This document shows, one piece after another, positions 9,118 to 18,303 of a DNA stretch of 64,000 nt (its first letter is position 1; every line of letters starts with the position of its first letter). The translations under genes were made by a program, and so were the position numbers. Source of the stretch: Actinomycetota bacterium (GTDB lineage Bacteria > Actinomycetota > Thermoleophilia > RBG-16-64-13); assembly GCA_016278725.1 (NCBI GenBank), contig JADQBG010000010.1, positions 112,229 through 176,228 of the forward strand, given 5' to 3'. The notes beneath the pieces were generated by a model. The model saw nothing but the letters and a program-made list of their open reading frames with translations, searched no databases and was not told the origin of the DNA.

Positions 9118-10281
9118 CTAGATCTTCTGAGCCAGGAAGTAGACCATTTTGGCCATCTGCCCCCGGGTGGCGTAATCGTGCGGGCGGTAGGTGCCGTCGG
9201 AGTAGCCGCCAAGAATGCCGTTGTGTTTGGCGATGGCGATGGCTTCTTTGAACTCGGCGCTCAGGTTGCCCATGTCGGAAAAGCCGGGATCGAGGGTGGC
9301 CGGGACCTCGAGGCGGCCCTCGGCCGCGCGGACCACCATCACCGCGAGTTGCGCGCGGGTGATGCGGTCAAAGGGGCCGAAGGTGCCGTCCGGCCGGCCC
9401 TTGACGATCCCGCGGTGGGCCGCCTCCTCGACGAAGTCGTGGGGGTATTCGCCATCCGGCGGTACGTCGCTGAAGCAGCTATGGGAGGGGCGCTCGTCTT
9501 CCTGGGTGTGAAAGCCCACGGCCCCGGTCACGATCTTCGCAAACTGCGCCCGCAAGAGATGATCGTTTATGCCGAAGCGGCCGTCCGGGTAGCCACCCAC
9601 GAGCCCCTCGTCCTTCAGGGACTCGATGTAGCCCGCAAAAACATGGTCCGGGGCCACGTCGCGGAAGGGGCCGCCCAGATCCAAGAACGGATCGTAAGCG
9701 GTCGAGTCGACGGCGGCGCCGAAATCGGTCGTCCAGTACCAGCCGTACCGCGATCCCGGGGCATAGACTCGAGCGATACCAATCTCGCGAAAGTAGGAAC
9801 GAAGCATGTTGGCATTGTGGCCGGAAGACGTCTTCCACATAATGAACGCCTCGAGTGCCGAGTCCACTCCGGCTGCCAAATTCTCGCCGCTGGTGTCGGC
9901 GCCACCGTAACCGTCCGCCCGCAACCGCTGGTAGAACTCATAGCCTGAAGGATAGTAGCTCGAGCTCTGCGTTTCGTGGCTGAAGTATCCGTACCTGCCC
10001 ATGTCTTCGCTGTGATGCTCGGCGCTGATTGAAAGCTGAGGCGAGAGCAGCAACTTGCCCTGCCCGTTGGCCGCCCGGTGGGAGTTGATCTGCTTGAGGA
10101 AGTTCAGTTCTTCCTGGTCGAAATCCACCGCCAGAGCGACTGTGGGGACGGCAAGAAGCATCGCCATCAGTAGAGCCAGCACTGCGGCGAAGGTCAAGAG
10201 AGCGACCCGGCGGGAGGCGGGTGCGGCTGTCGCCTCGGTGATTCGCTTCGCCTGCTCTCCCCTGAAACCCATCTTGCGCAT
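9118..10281 (-). CDS. CAP (SCP/PR-1-like) domain protein with three C-terminal SLH domains
   Basis: Signal/TM, then CAP motifs (HNANM..GENLA..WKTSSGHNANML). Three SLH repeats follow (FRDVAPDHVFAGYIESL..., FSDVPPDGEYPHDFVEEAAHRGIV..., FSDMGNLSAEFKEAIAIAKHNGIL...). Confidence 0.7.
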   Translation of the reverse strand: MRKMGFRGEQAKRITEATAAPASRRVALLTFAAVLALLMAMLLAVPTVALAVDFDQEELNFLKQINSHRAANGQGKLLLSPQLSISAEHHSEDMGRYGYFSHETQSSSYYPSGYEFYQRLRADGYGGADTSGENLAAGVDSALEAFIMWKTSSGHNANMLRSYFREIGIARVYAPGSRYGWYWTTDFGAAVDSTAYDPFLDLGGPFRDVAPDHVFAGYIESLKDEGLVGGYPDGRFGINDHLLRAQFAKIVTGAVGFHTQEDERPSHSCFSDVPPDGEYPHDFVEEAAHRGIVKGRPDGTFGPFDRITRAQLAVMVVRAAEGRLEVPATLDPGFSDMGNLSAEFKEAIAIAKHNGILGGYSDGTYRPHDYATRGQMAKMVYFLAQKI

Positions 10282-10521
10282 AGTGCCCCTCGCTTTTTCG
10301 CCTGGTTCTCTCTTAATCGGCAGGGACGACTTTTCTCTTTAACGCCAATCGATATCGTATGAGTAGAATCGATGCGAAATTCGACTCCCATGCTGGAACG
10401 ACGGGGGTCGGCGAAAGGCACGGCGCGCGAGGGACGATTGCGCGCGAGGCAAAGCGAGAGGCTGAACCTAAAACGCGAAGCCGACGCGGCTCCCCGCGGT
10501 CGCGAGAGCGGCCGGCAGGCC

Positions 10522-12429
10522 TTACTGCAGCTGCATAATCCGGGAGAGCAGCGCGGCGATGTGCTGGCGGGTGATCGGCTCGTCGGGCTTCAGCAGCAGA
10601 AGGCTGGGCTCGATGGGGTCGCTGTACCCTCTGAGCACGCCCAGAGAGTTCAGGTAATTTACGGCGCCGCGGTGCACGTTGTCGGCGGTGACGTCGGCGA
10701 ACACCTCGCGGCCGGCATGCCCGGTGCTCTCTTCCTCCCAGTCCATGGCTCGGACGATCATGCTCGCCACCTGATCGCGGCGGATGGAGCGGTGGGGATC
10801 GAAGCGCTCAGCGGATACTCCCTGGACGATGCCGGCCGTCTTGGCGGCCGCCACCCAATCGGAGACGTCCCCGGTCACGCCGCTTTGGGCGGCGACGTCA
10901 GGGAACGGCGGCTGCGACACGTCCACCAGGGGGATCAGGGCCTCCGGAAAGAGCGCATTGTGCAGGCCCACCGCCATCTTGGCGAACTGCCAGCGCGTCG
11001 CCGGATTGTCGGGCTTGAACTCGTCCGTGGGATACCCGTTCACCAGACCGGCGCCCGCTATCCGCATGATCTCCTCGTAGTAGAGGTGCCCCACGGGCAC
11101 GTCGGAGAAGCCGGGGTTGTCGATCCTCGTGAACAGGGTCGACCTCATGGACCCGTAACCGAATCTCGCCCTCAGGTCGTCCGCCCGGACCAGAGCAGTG
11201 CCCGCGCTCCCCGTGACTTCGAGCGTGCGGGCATGACTGCCGGAGTCCGACGTGTCGCGCTCGGCCACCTCGATGCGGCTGACGGTGCCCACGGAGACGG
11301 TTCCTCCGCCCACCCGGCTCATGCCGTTGATCTCGGCGCTGAGTTCGGCTTGAGAGACCGCGAAATCCCATTCGTAACCCGGATTCGACAACGGGGCCAG
11401 CAGGCTCCAGGGATCCGCTTTGGCCCGCAGATAGCCGGGAGGATTTTGACCCCAAACCGTGGTGTAGCCGCCCGAGTTCGAGGAGTAGTAGGTGCTCACC
11501 AACTCGCCCTGATAGCGAAGCACTTCATTGCGCGTCTCCTCGGCGGCCTGCCTGATCCCCGGGTTGGCAGCCTCGAAGTCGTACCCGCGATAGACCTGGT
11601 CCCATTGGTTGTCGTTCAGGTACGGGTCGCGGTTGGCCATCGCGTAGGTGCGTGCGGCGACCGCCTGCGCTTTCACCGCCTCGAAGGCGTAATCGTTTGG
11701 CATGTCCTCGCGGGCCCACTCCGGATAGACCTCAGCGATGGCTCTGACGTAGCCCTCGAGAGTCACTTGGTTGAGGGCCGCGAGCGAACCAGCGGTCGCG
11801 GATGGCTCGACCTCGAGTTTGCCCCGGTACTTGCGAGGTCCGTAAGAACTACCCCCGGCGGCAAGGGTGACCTCGAACACCGGACCCATGTCCCCAGGGT
11901 CGGGGCGGACGGAGACCGCGTCGGCGGTGCGTGCGCCGAAGGCGCCCCGAGCCAGAACACCGCCGCCTGAGCTTGGCTCCAGCGAGACCTCCTGGCCGAT
12001 TTCCACCCGAAGCAAGTCCTCGCCCGCGCCCTCGGTCTTTAGGACAAGGGTTAGGGGCGCGCCCAGCGGGGCGGCCGGCGGCCTCACTCTGATCGCGGTG
12101 AAATTCTGGGTTATCGAGGAGACGCTCTTTGCGGGCTCGCTCGACAACCGCACCATTATCTCCGGGTTGGGCGGGTCGAGCGGGCTGAGTTCCGTGCCCT
12201 CGTAGTAGAAACCGAGGATTTCCGGATAGAGGACGCCCTGCCGGGCCGCCGCCCACGCTCCCCACTGGCTCATGCCCACGGCGTGGCCGTAACCAAGGCC
12301 GTGGAAGACGAACTCATCCGTCGTCCCGGCCTCCGCCACAGAAGGCGCGAACGGGGAACCCACCACGAGAAACAGCGAGAGGGCCAGTCCGAGTAGCCCG
12401 AACCGGACGGTTTGGCGCAGTCGGTTCAC
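10522..12429 (-). CDS. SpoIID/LytB-domain protein with C-terminal SLH domains
   Basis: Signal peptide; SpoIID hallmark GHGVGMSQWGA; three SLH repeats at the C-terminus. Confidence 0.75.
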   Translation of the reverse strand: MNRLRQTVRFGLLGLALSLFLVVGSPFAPSVAEAGTTDEFVFHGLGYGHAVGMSQWGAWAAARQGVLYPEILGFYYEGTELSPLDPPNPEIMVRLSSEPAKSVSSITQNFTAIRVRPPAAPLGAPLTLVLKTEGAGEDLLRVEIGQEVSLEPSSGGGVLARGAFGARTADAVSVRPDPGDMGPVFEVTLAAGGSSYGPRKYRGKLEVEPSATAGSLAALNQVTLEGYVRAIAEVYPEWAREDMPNDYAFEAVKAQAVAARTYAMANRDPYLNDNQWDQVYRGYDFEAANPGIRQAAEETRNEVLRYQGELVSTYYSSNSGGYTTVWGQNPPGYLRAKADPWSLLAPLSNPGYEWDFAVSQAELSAEINGMSRVGGGTVSVGTVSRIEVAERDTSDSGSHARTLEVTGSAGTALVRADDLRARFGYGSMRSTLFTRIDNPGFSDVPVGHLYYEEIMRIAGAGLVNGYPTDEFKPDNPATRWQFAKMAVGLHNALFPEALIPLVDVSQPPFPDVAAQSGVTGDVSDWVAAAKTAGIVQGVSAERFDPHRSIRRDQVASMIVRAMDWEEESTGHAGREVFADVTADNVHRGAVNYLNSLGVLRGYSDPIEPSLLLLKPDEPITRQHIAALLSRIMQLQ

Positions 12430-12433
12430 ACCC

Positions 12434-14023
12434 CTATTGGATGACGTAGCCCAGGTCGAAATAATCCACTATCCCCTGTGCGATGGCCTTACCCGCACGC
12501 TGCCGGTAAACCGGATCTTTGAGCCGGGCCTCTTCTTCGGCGTTGGTGAGAAAGCCCACTTCGACCAGGGCCGCGGGCATCTTCGTGTTGGCCAGGACAT
12601 AGAGATTCTTCCAGTGCGTGCGCGCGCCTCGGTCCACGGTGCTCAGCTCTTCCAAAACGGCGTTCTGGATGGCCTCGGCAAGGCGCCGGCCCTCCGCGGA
12701 GTACGTCTGCTGGTCGCCCCAGTAGTAAGTCTCCGTTCCTTCTGAAGCGGGATCCGCAGCATTGTTGTGGATGGAGACAAAGATGTCGGCACCGGCCGCA
12801 TTCGCTAGGTCCGCCCGCTCTTTGAGGGTGGGATAGCTGTCGTCCCTGCGGGTCATGAGGGGCTCCACCCCGGCCCTCAGCAGATACTTCTCCACCTCGA
12901 GGCCGATGGCCAGATTTGCGTCCTTCTCGAGCAGGCCGGTGATACCGGTAGCTCCATTGTCGGTGCCCCCGTGACCCGGATCGACCACCACCAAGGGCTT
13001 GCCCGTTCCGTAGTCGACCTTCCGGTAGATGTCGATGACGAGACGGTCCCCCAGGCCGTTGGAGGGAGCCATGGCGAAGACTTCGTAGTCCGTGTAGCTC
13101 TTCAGGGAAATGCGCAGTTGGATGCGCGGAGAGCTGAAGCCCGTCTGCTTGAGGCTGATCGAGCCCGCCTCGGACGAGATCAGGTCCAGGGTACGCTCAC
13201 CCTCGGCCACCGCGGCTTGATCGACGTCCACGATCAGGGTTTGACCCTCGACGCGGGGGCTCGCCTTGCCGGGCTTTCGGCTAAGGTCGAGGACTATGCG
13301 GGTCTTGTCCAGGTGTTCGGCGCTGTAGCGCACGTCTTCGACGACGGCCAGCCGTTCCAACTGCGCGCGGTAAGCCACCATGCAAAAGTGGGCGCGGCTG
13401 GTCTGTTTGGTGGGCATCAGGTATCCGCGAGTGTCGCCTTTGAGCAGGCCTTTCATCACGGCGAGGGCGACGTATTTCTCGGCCTGGCCGCTGACCTGCC
13501 CGCCATCCTCAAAACTGCCGAGTACCTCGCGCACCTTGCTCGAGCTCAAGGCTTCCGCCGCTGCTCCCCATCCGGCACTCCTGACAATCAGCACGGCCAT
13601 GTGCTGGCGCTGGAGCGAGTCGTAGGGACGGAAGGTCCCATCCGGGTATCCCGACACCCAGTCTTGGTTGGCGGCGGCCTGAACGTAACCTCGATACTGG
13701 GAGTCGACGTCGCGGAAGGTGAAGCCCGAGGTGGGTATTGCGATCCCCTTTTGCTCGGCCAGGACTTTGGCCGCCTGCGCCCGGGTCACCCCGGTCTGCG
13801 GGCGGAAGTATCCGTCCCCGAACCCGTCGAGCACCCCGGCGGCGGTCAGGAACTCGACCGCGACATGCTCTTCGGAAGTCGACGAGACGTCGGGGAAGGA
13901 AGAGGGGTGCGCCGCGGCGGGCCCGGCGGTTACGAGGCCGCCCGCCACCATCGCGCCCAGTAGCAAAAGCGCGAAGACCGGCCAAAGGGGTGGATGGAGT
14001 GTGTCTTTGTGCATCCCGAACAA
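12434..14023 (-). CDS. N-acetylmuramoyl-L-alanine amidase (Amidase_3) with N-terminal SLH domains
   Basis: SLH repeats at the N-terminus (FPDVSSTSEEHVAVEFL..., FRDVDSQYRGYVQAAANQDWVSGYPDGTF...). Amidase_3 core VVVDPGHGG..E..AN..HNNA. 529 aa. Confidence 0.75.
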   Translation of the reverse strand: MFGMHKDTLHPPLWPVFALLLLGAMVAGGLVTAGPAAAHPSSFPDVSSTSEEHVAVEFLTAAGVLDGFGDGYFRPQTGVTRAQAAKVLAEQKGIAIPTSGFTFRDVDSQYRGYVQAAANQDWVSGYPDGTFRPYDSLQRQHMAVLIVRSAGWGAAAEALSSSKVREVLGSFEDGGQVSGQAEKYVALAVMKGLLKGDTRGYLMPTKQTSRAHFCMVAYRAQLERLAVVEDVRYSAEHLDKTRIVLDLSRKPGKASPRVEGQTLIVDVDQAAVAEGERTLDLISSEAGSISLKQTGFSSPRIQLRISLKSYTDYEVFAMAPSNGLGDRLVIDIYRKVDYGTGKPLVVVDPGHGGTDNGATGITGLLEKDANLAIGLEVEKYLLRAGVEPLMTRRDDSYPTLKERADLANAAGADIFVSIHNNAADPASEGTETYYWGDQQTYSAEGRRLAEAIQNAVLEELSTVDRGARTHWKNLYVLANTKMPAALVEVGFLTNAEEEARLKDPVYRQRAGKAIAQGIVDYFDLGYVIQ

Positions 14024-14044
14024 TATTGCTCCTCCCGCCCCGGG

Positions 14045-15424
14045 TTAGGAGACCGGTGCTGCGAGTTCCGTTTCCATCGTACGCAAGGCCCGGGCGATGA
14101 CCACTGCCGTATGCATCCGCCAAGTCGTGGCCTCCGGGTCGAAGCTTCCGTCGCTCCGTCCCTTGATGACGCCCGCCTGGACCACGCGGGAGATCTCCCC
14201 AGCCGCCCAGTAATCGGTGGTCAAATCCCAAAATGGCGGATTCTCGGGCGCCAGGTGCTGGACTTCGGCCGTTTGCCCGGCCGCCAGGTCGAGCACCCGG
14301 CAGATCATCGCCGCCATTTGCGCGCGGGTTATGGATTCATCGGGAGAGAATTCGCTGCCGTCGCCGACCCCTCTGACGACTCCCAGAGCGGCCGCCGTGG
14401 CGATCTCGTCGTGCGCCCAGTAACTATCCGCCACATCGACGAACTTCGGGGGCTCGGACTGTGTGAGCGCAGGCATCTGTCCGGCGAAGGCCCGCACCAC
14501 CATCGCCGCAAACTGTGCCCGGGTGACCATTGACTCGGGATAGAAGTAGCCGTCGCCGGCACCCTTGACTATCTCGCGCTCGTAGAGCCACATCAGGTCA
14601 TCGAAGAACCAGTCGCTCTCCCAGACGTCCTTGAACACGCGGGGAGGTCCGAGTTCGGCCAACGTGGGCGCCGCCATCAACGATGCGTACGGATCGACCG
14701 CGCTGGCGCCCTTATCGGCATAGCCGCCGAGGTGAAGTTCGAAGTGCAGATGTGAGGCGGTGGACTCGGCGTTCCCGCTGTCTCCCACGTAGCCGATCAT
14801 CTGACCCTGGGTGACGTGAACCCCATTGGTGAGTCCCGGAGCGTAGGCGTAGCGCACTCCGCCCTTGCCGTCGTCCGTTCCCGGGGTGTCGTTGTTCAGG
14901 TGAATGTAGAAGTAGTCATTGCCGTCGTCCCCGCGCAGCATGATGTTGAAGGAGGGCACGCCGTTGTAGCTGGAGACTTCCTCCTCCATGTTCAACCACT
15001 CCACGGTTCCGTCGACCACGGCAAGGAGAGGGGTCATCTTGGGGGCCATCAGATCATTACCGCGATGAGTCCTGGCTCCGCCGTCCCGCGCCGCGCCCCA
15101 GGTGTTTTCCCAGACGATCCTTTCCTCCATGGGAAACAGGATGGGCACCACCGGGGCGGTCTCCTGCGCGGCGAAGCTGGCACCCTCGCTGGTCGTCGGG
15201 CTGATCAAGGCTCCGTCGTAAGGCGGATCCATCTCCTCGGCCGTCGGAACCCCCTCTGCGGCAAAAGCGGCCGAAGACGCGGCCAGCGCAAGTAGGACGG
15301 CAAAGGCGAGCGCCAGCATCAGCGGAAACCGCCTCAAGACCACTCGTGGAGCCGACCCGCGGTTGGCGGACTCCCTGCCGGGCCGTCGGCCAAGTGCTTT
15401 CGAGATCCCAGACATCTCGTTCAT
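14045..15424 (-). CDS. M23 (LytM-type) metallopeptidase with C-terminal SLH domains
   Basis: HRGNDL ... SHLHFELH M23 zinc motifs; three SLH repeats (FKDVWESDWFFDDLMWLYEREIVKG...). Confidence 0.75.
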   Translation of the reverse strand: MNEMSGISKALGRRPGRESANRGSAPRVVLRRFPLMLALAFAVLLALAASSAAFAAEGVPTAEEMDPPYDGALISPTTSEGASFAAQETAPVVPILFPMEERIVWENTWGAARDGGARTHRGNDLMAPKMTPLLAVVDGTVEWLNMEEEVSSYNGVPSFNIMLRGDDGNDYFYIHLNNDTPGTDDGKGGVRYAYAPGLTNGVHVTQGQMIGYVGDSGNAESTASHLHFELHLGGYADKGASAVDPYASLMAAPTLAELGPPRVFKDVWESDWFFDDLMWLYEREIVKGAGDGYFYPESMVTRAQFAAMVVRAFAGQMPALTQSEPPKFVDVADSYWAHDEIATAAALGVVRGVGDGSEFSPDESITRAQMAAMICRVLDLAAGQTAEVQHLAPENPPFWDLTTDYWAAGEISRVVQAGVIKGRSDGSFDPEATTWRMHTAVVIARALRTMETELAAPVS

Positions 15425-15453
15425 GTTCTCGGTCCCTCCTTCGTCTCCTGCCT

Positions 15454-17103
15454 CTATCGGCGGCGGCGAACCGCGGAGGCTAACATATCCAGCGTTTCGC
15501 GGAGTTCGGGAAGCCGGATGATCCAGGCCAACCCCACGAACGAAAACGCGCCCCCGAACACCCCCAGGCCCACCCGCAGACCGAGTCCGCCGGTTCCGTC
15601 CACCGCGCCGGTTAGTATCGAATCGATGGCCCAGACGATGGCTCCCATGATCACGGCCGCCACCGTGGTGCGCGCGATGGAGGTGGCCAGCCGTCCGAAA
15701 CCCATGGGCCCCAGCTTGCGGCGCAGAAGCTCCACCAGCACCAAGAAATTGACGGTCAACGCGATCGTGGTTCCGAGCGCGAGGCCGCCAACTCCCAGGA
15801 ACAACATCAGCACGATGGAGACCGCGATGTTGAGAAACACCGTGGCCACGCTGATTTTAACGGGCGTGCGGGTGTCGTGATACGCGTAGAAGACGCGGGT
15901 GAGCGTGTCCCGGCCGGCGTAAGAGAAAAGCCCGAGCGAGTAGAAGAGCAAAGCGAACGCCGTTCTCTCGGTGTCGGCGGCGGCGAACTTGCCGTGCTCG
16001 AAAAGCAGGGCGACGATCGGCTCGCGCAACACCACCAGTCCCGCGGTGGCGGGGATCATGACAAAGGCGATCAGCCGAAGGGCGAAATTGAGCGTGGCCT
16101 TGAGCCGCTCAGGTTGATTGGCGGCCACGTGCTCCGACAGAAGCGGAAAGATCGGCACGGTGATGCCGGCCACGAACAGGCCCAGGGGAAGCTGGAACAG
16201 CTTCTCGGAATAACTGAGCGCCGAGACCGCCCCCTCGGGCAGCGTGGAAGCCAGAGTCTGGTCGGCGAAGATGCTCACCTTGCCGACGGCGGAGCCGATC
16301 AGGATGGGCCAGACCAGCATGCCCACGTGCCGCATGCCCGGTTCCTGCCAGTCGATACGCGCCCGCAGCCGCATGCCCTCTTTGCGCATCTGCGGCAGCA
16401 GTATGAGGAGCGAGGCCATGGCTCCCAGGGTGGTGCCCACCGCCAGGCTGGTGATCCCCCAGGATTCCTGGAAGAGCACCACGAAAAGCACGGCCAGCGC
16501 AGCGGCGGCCGAGGTGGAGAAGGCCGGCAGGCCGAAATGCTTGAGCGAATTGAGTACGCCGATGGCCAACCCCGCAAGTCCGGTGAAGATGACCCCCGGC
16601 ACGAGAATGCGGAACAAGAAGACGGCCTGATCCGCGGTCTCCTGGTCAAAGCCAAAACCCACCAGGGGAATGATCAGCGGCGCGGCCAGGATCAGGACCA
16701 CCGTAAGCAGCACCAGAACCAAACCGATCGCGTTGATCATATTGCCCGCCAGGCTCCACGCCCGTTCCCGGTCCCCTTTGACCAGACGTTGGGTGAAGAC
16801 CGGGATGAAGGTGGCGGTCAAAGCCCCTCCCACGGTCAGGGAAAGCAAAAAGGGGACCTTGTAGGCGAGGAAGAAGGCGTCGGTCGAGGCGCCCATCCCG
16901 AAGTAGAAGGCGACGACCTGATCTCGCACCAGACCGATGAGCCGCCCGAAGACGGTGGCCCCGAGAATGACGAGTGCGGCTCTGCCCACCGTCCCCTTCA
17001 TGTTCCTGGTGGCGGCTTCGAGCCCCTCCTCGGGCGCGGGCACTTCCGCCTCCACGTCGACCCCCACCGACGGCATCGGGGGTTCACCGGAATCGAAAGC
17101 CAT
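15454..17103 (-). CDS. murJ: lipid II flippase MurJ (MviN)
   Basis: 549 aa with 14 predicted TM helices; MurJ/MOP-superfamily layout with a Leu/Ala/Gly-rich conserved core. Confidence 0.7.
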   Translation of the reverse strand: MAFDSGEPPMPSVGVDVEAEVPAPEEGLEAATRNMKGTVGRAALVILGATVFGRLIGLVRDQVVAFYFGMGASTDAFFLAYKVPFLLSLTVGGALTATFIPVFTQRLVKGDRERAWSLAGNMINAIGLVLVLLTVVLILAAPLIIPLVGFGFDQETADQAVFLFRILVPGVIFTGLAGLAIGVLNSLKHFGLPAFSTSAAAALAVLFVVLFQESWGITSLAVGTTLGAMASLLILLPQMRKEGMRLRARIDWQEPGMRHVGMLVWPILIGSAVGKVSIFADQTLASTLPEGAVSALSYSEKLFQLPLGLFVAGITVPIFPLLSEHVAANQPERLKATLNFALRLIAFVMIPATAGLVVLREPIVALLFEHGKFAAADTERTAFALLFYSLGLFSYAGRDTLTRVFYAYHDTRTPVKISVATVFLNIAVSIVLMLFLGVGGLALGTTIALTVNFLVLVELLRRKLGPMGFGRLATSIARTTVAAVIMGAIVWAIDSILTGAVDGTGGLGLRVGLGVFGGAFSFVGLAWIIRLPELRETLDMLASAVRRRR

Positions 17104-18297
17104 CTAGATCTCTCGGCGGGCGAGGGCGACGGCCAGTCGGGCGGTCTCCCCGGATTCCTCTTTGAGCCGGCCGACCCGCGTGGACAGCCGGATGCGGCGC
17201 GACTCCGCGTTCTCCAGGGTGTCGTCCATCGCTTTCGTCAGCCGCTCCACGCCCTCAGGCCCCTCGAGCTCGTCCACGGAGACCGCCCAGGTGGTCTGTC
17301 CCGTTTGCTCGGCGAAAGCGGCCACCTTGGGGTCGTAGACCAAGGAGATAACCGGGGAGCCGCCGGAAGCGGCCAAGATGCCCGAGTGAAGCCGCATGGC
17401 CAAGACCGCGTCGGCTTCCCCCAGCAGCGCGACCGCGACCGCCGGCTCTTCCAGGAGAGGAGCCGCAGCCACCGACGTAGCGCCCCGGTGGGGCGAAAGG
17501 GAATCGGCGAGCCGAACGGCCAACTGCTCGGAGAGATCGCGGCAGAGGTCCACATCCTGGGTTGCGTGAAAAGGCACGAAGAGAACCTGATGCCCCCACC
17601 GCCGGACCACGCGTGCCAGCGCACCGAGGAGGCGCTCCTGATAAGTCTGGCGACCGAGCCAAGGACGGGGGCAGATGGCCAAATACGGCCGCGTAGGCTC
17701 CAGATCGGCCGCGAGCAGAACCTCTCGCGCCCGCTCCGAAGGGGCGGCCTTCAACGCATAGGCAGGATCGGGCACCACCCGCAGCAAGGGTGGGTGGGCG
17801 CCGAGTTCCAGCGCTAGCTGGGCCGAGGCCCGGTCCCGAAAGGTGACCACCTGGCTGTGGGATACCGCCAGGGACGCAAAAGTCCGAGCCGCCCCGGTGT
17901 GCAGCGGTCCCAACCCTTGTGCGTACCACATGACCGGCAGGCCGAGCGAGCGGGCAACGAATATCACCGAGAGGAAATAGGGGACCGGGCGCAGCTTTCC
18001 CTCCCGCCACAAGAACGAACGTCCGTGCTGCTCGAAGTCGGCTTCGTGCAGGAAACTACCGCCCCCGCTGATAAGCAGATCGTGGCCTCGCATAAGCTCG
18101 GCAAGCCGCGCGGGGTGCCGAAGCGAAGTCGGAGCGCTTCTCACGCCGTGGCGGCGCCGAGTGTCCTCGGGATCGAAGGAGAGCACCGTGAACCGGGCGT
18201 GGCAGTCGAGAGCCTCGACCTCCTGCAGGATACCGGCCAGGATGGCCTCGTCTCCCAGATTCCCCTCGCCGTAGTAGCCGCTGATCAGGTATCGCAT
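17104..18297 (-). CDS. csaB: polysaccharide pyruvyl transferase CsaB
   Basis: MRYLISGYYGEGNLGDEAIL start and PS_pyruv_trans fold motifs. Sits next to SLH proteins, as in the Bacillus anthracis and Thermus csaB loci. Confidence 0.75.
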   Translation of the reverse strand: MRYLISGYYGEGNLGDEAILAGILQEVEALDCHARFTVLSFDPEDTRRRHGVRSAPTSLRHPARLAELMRGHDLLISGGGSFLHEADFEQHGRSFLWREGKLRPVPYFLSVIFVARSLGLPVMWYAQGLGPLHTGAARTFASLAVSHSQVVTFRDRASAQLALELGAHPPLLRVVPDPAYALKAAPSERAREVLLAADLEPTRPYLAICPRPWLGRQTYQERLLGALARVVRRWGHQVLFVPFHATQDVDLCRDLSEQLAVRLADSLSPHRGATSVAAAPLLEEPAVAVALLGEADAVLAMRLHSGILAASGGSPVISLVYDPKVAAFAEQTGQTTWAVSVDELEGPEGVERLTKAMDDTLENAESRRIRLSTRVGRLKEESGETARLAVALARREI

Positions 18298-18303
18298 CCG
18301 GCT

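Noticed and set aside
10372-11970. 532-aa plus-strand ORF
   Set aside because: Antisense to the SpoIID-SLH gene, whose frame carries the GHGVGMSQWGA motif and SLH repeats.
15877-17817. 646-aa plus-strand ORF
   Set aside because: Antisense to murJ and csaB; Arg/Gly/Asp/His-rich low-complexity translation with no hydrophobic core pattern.
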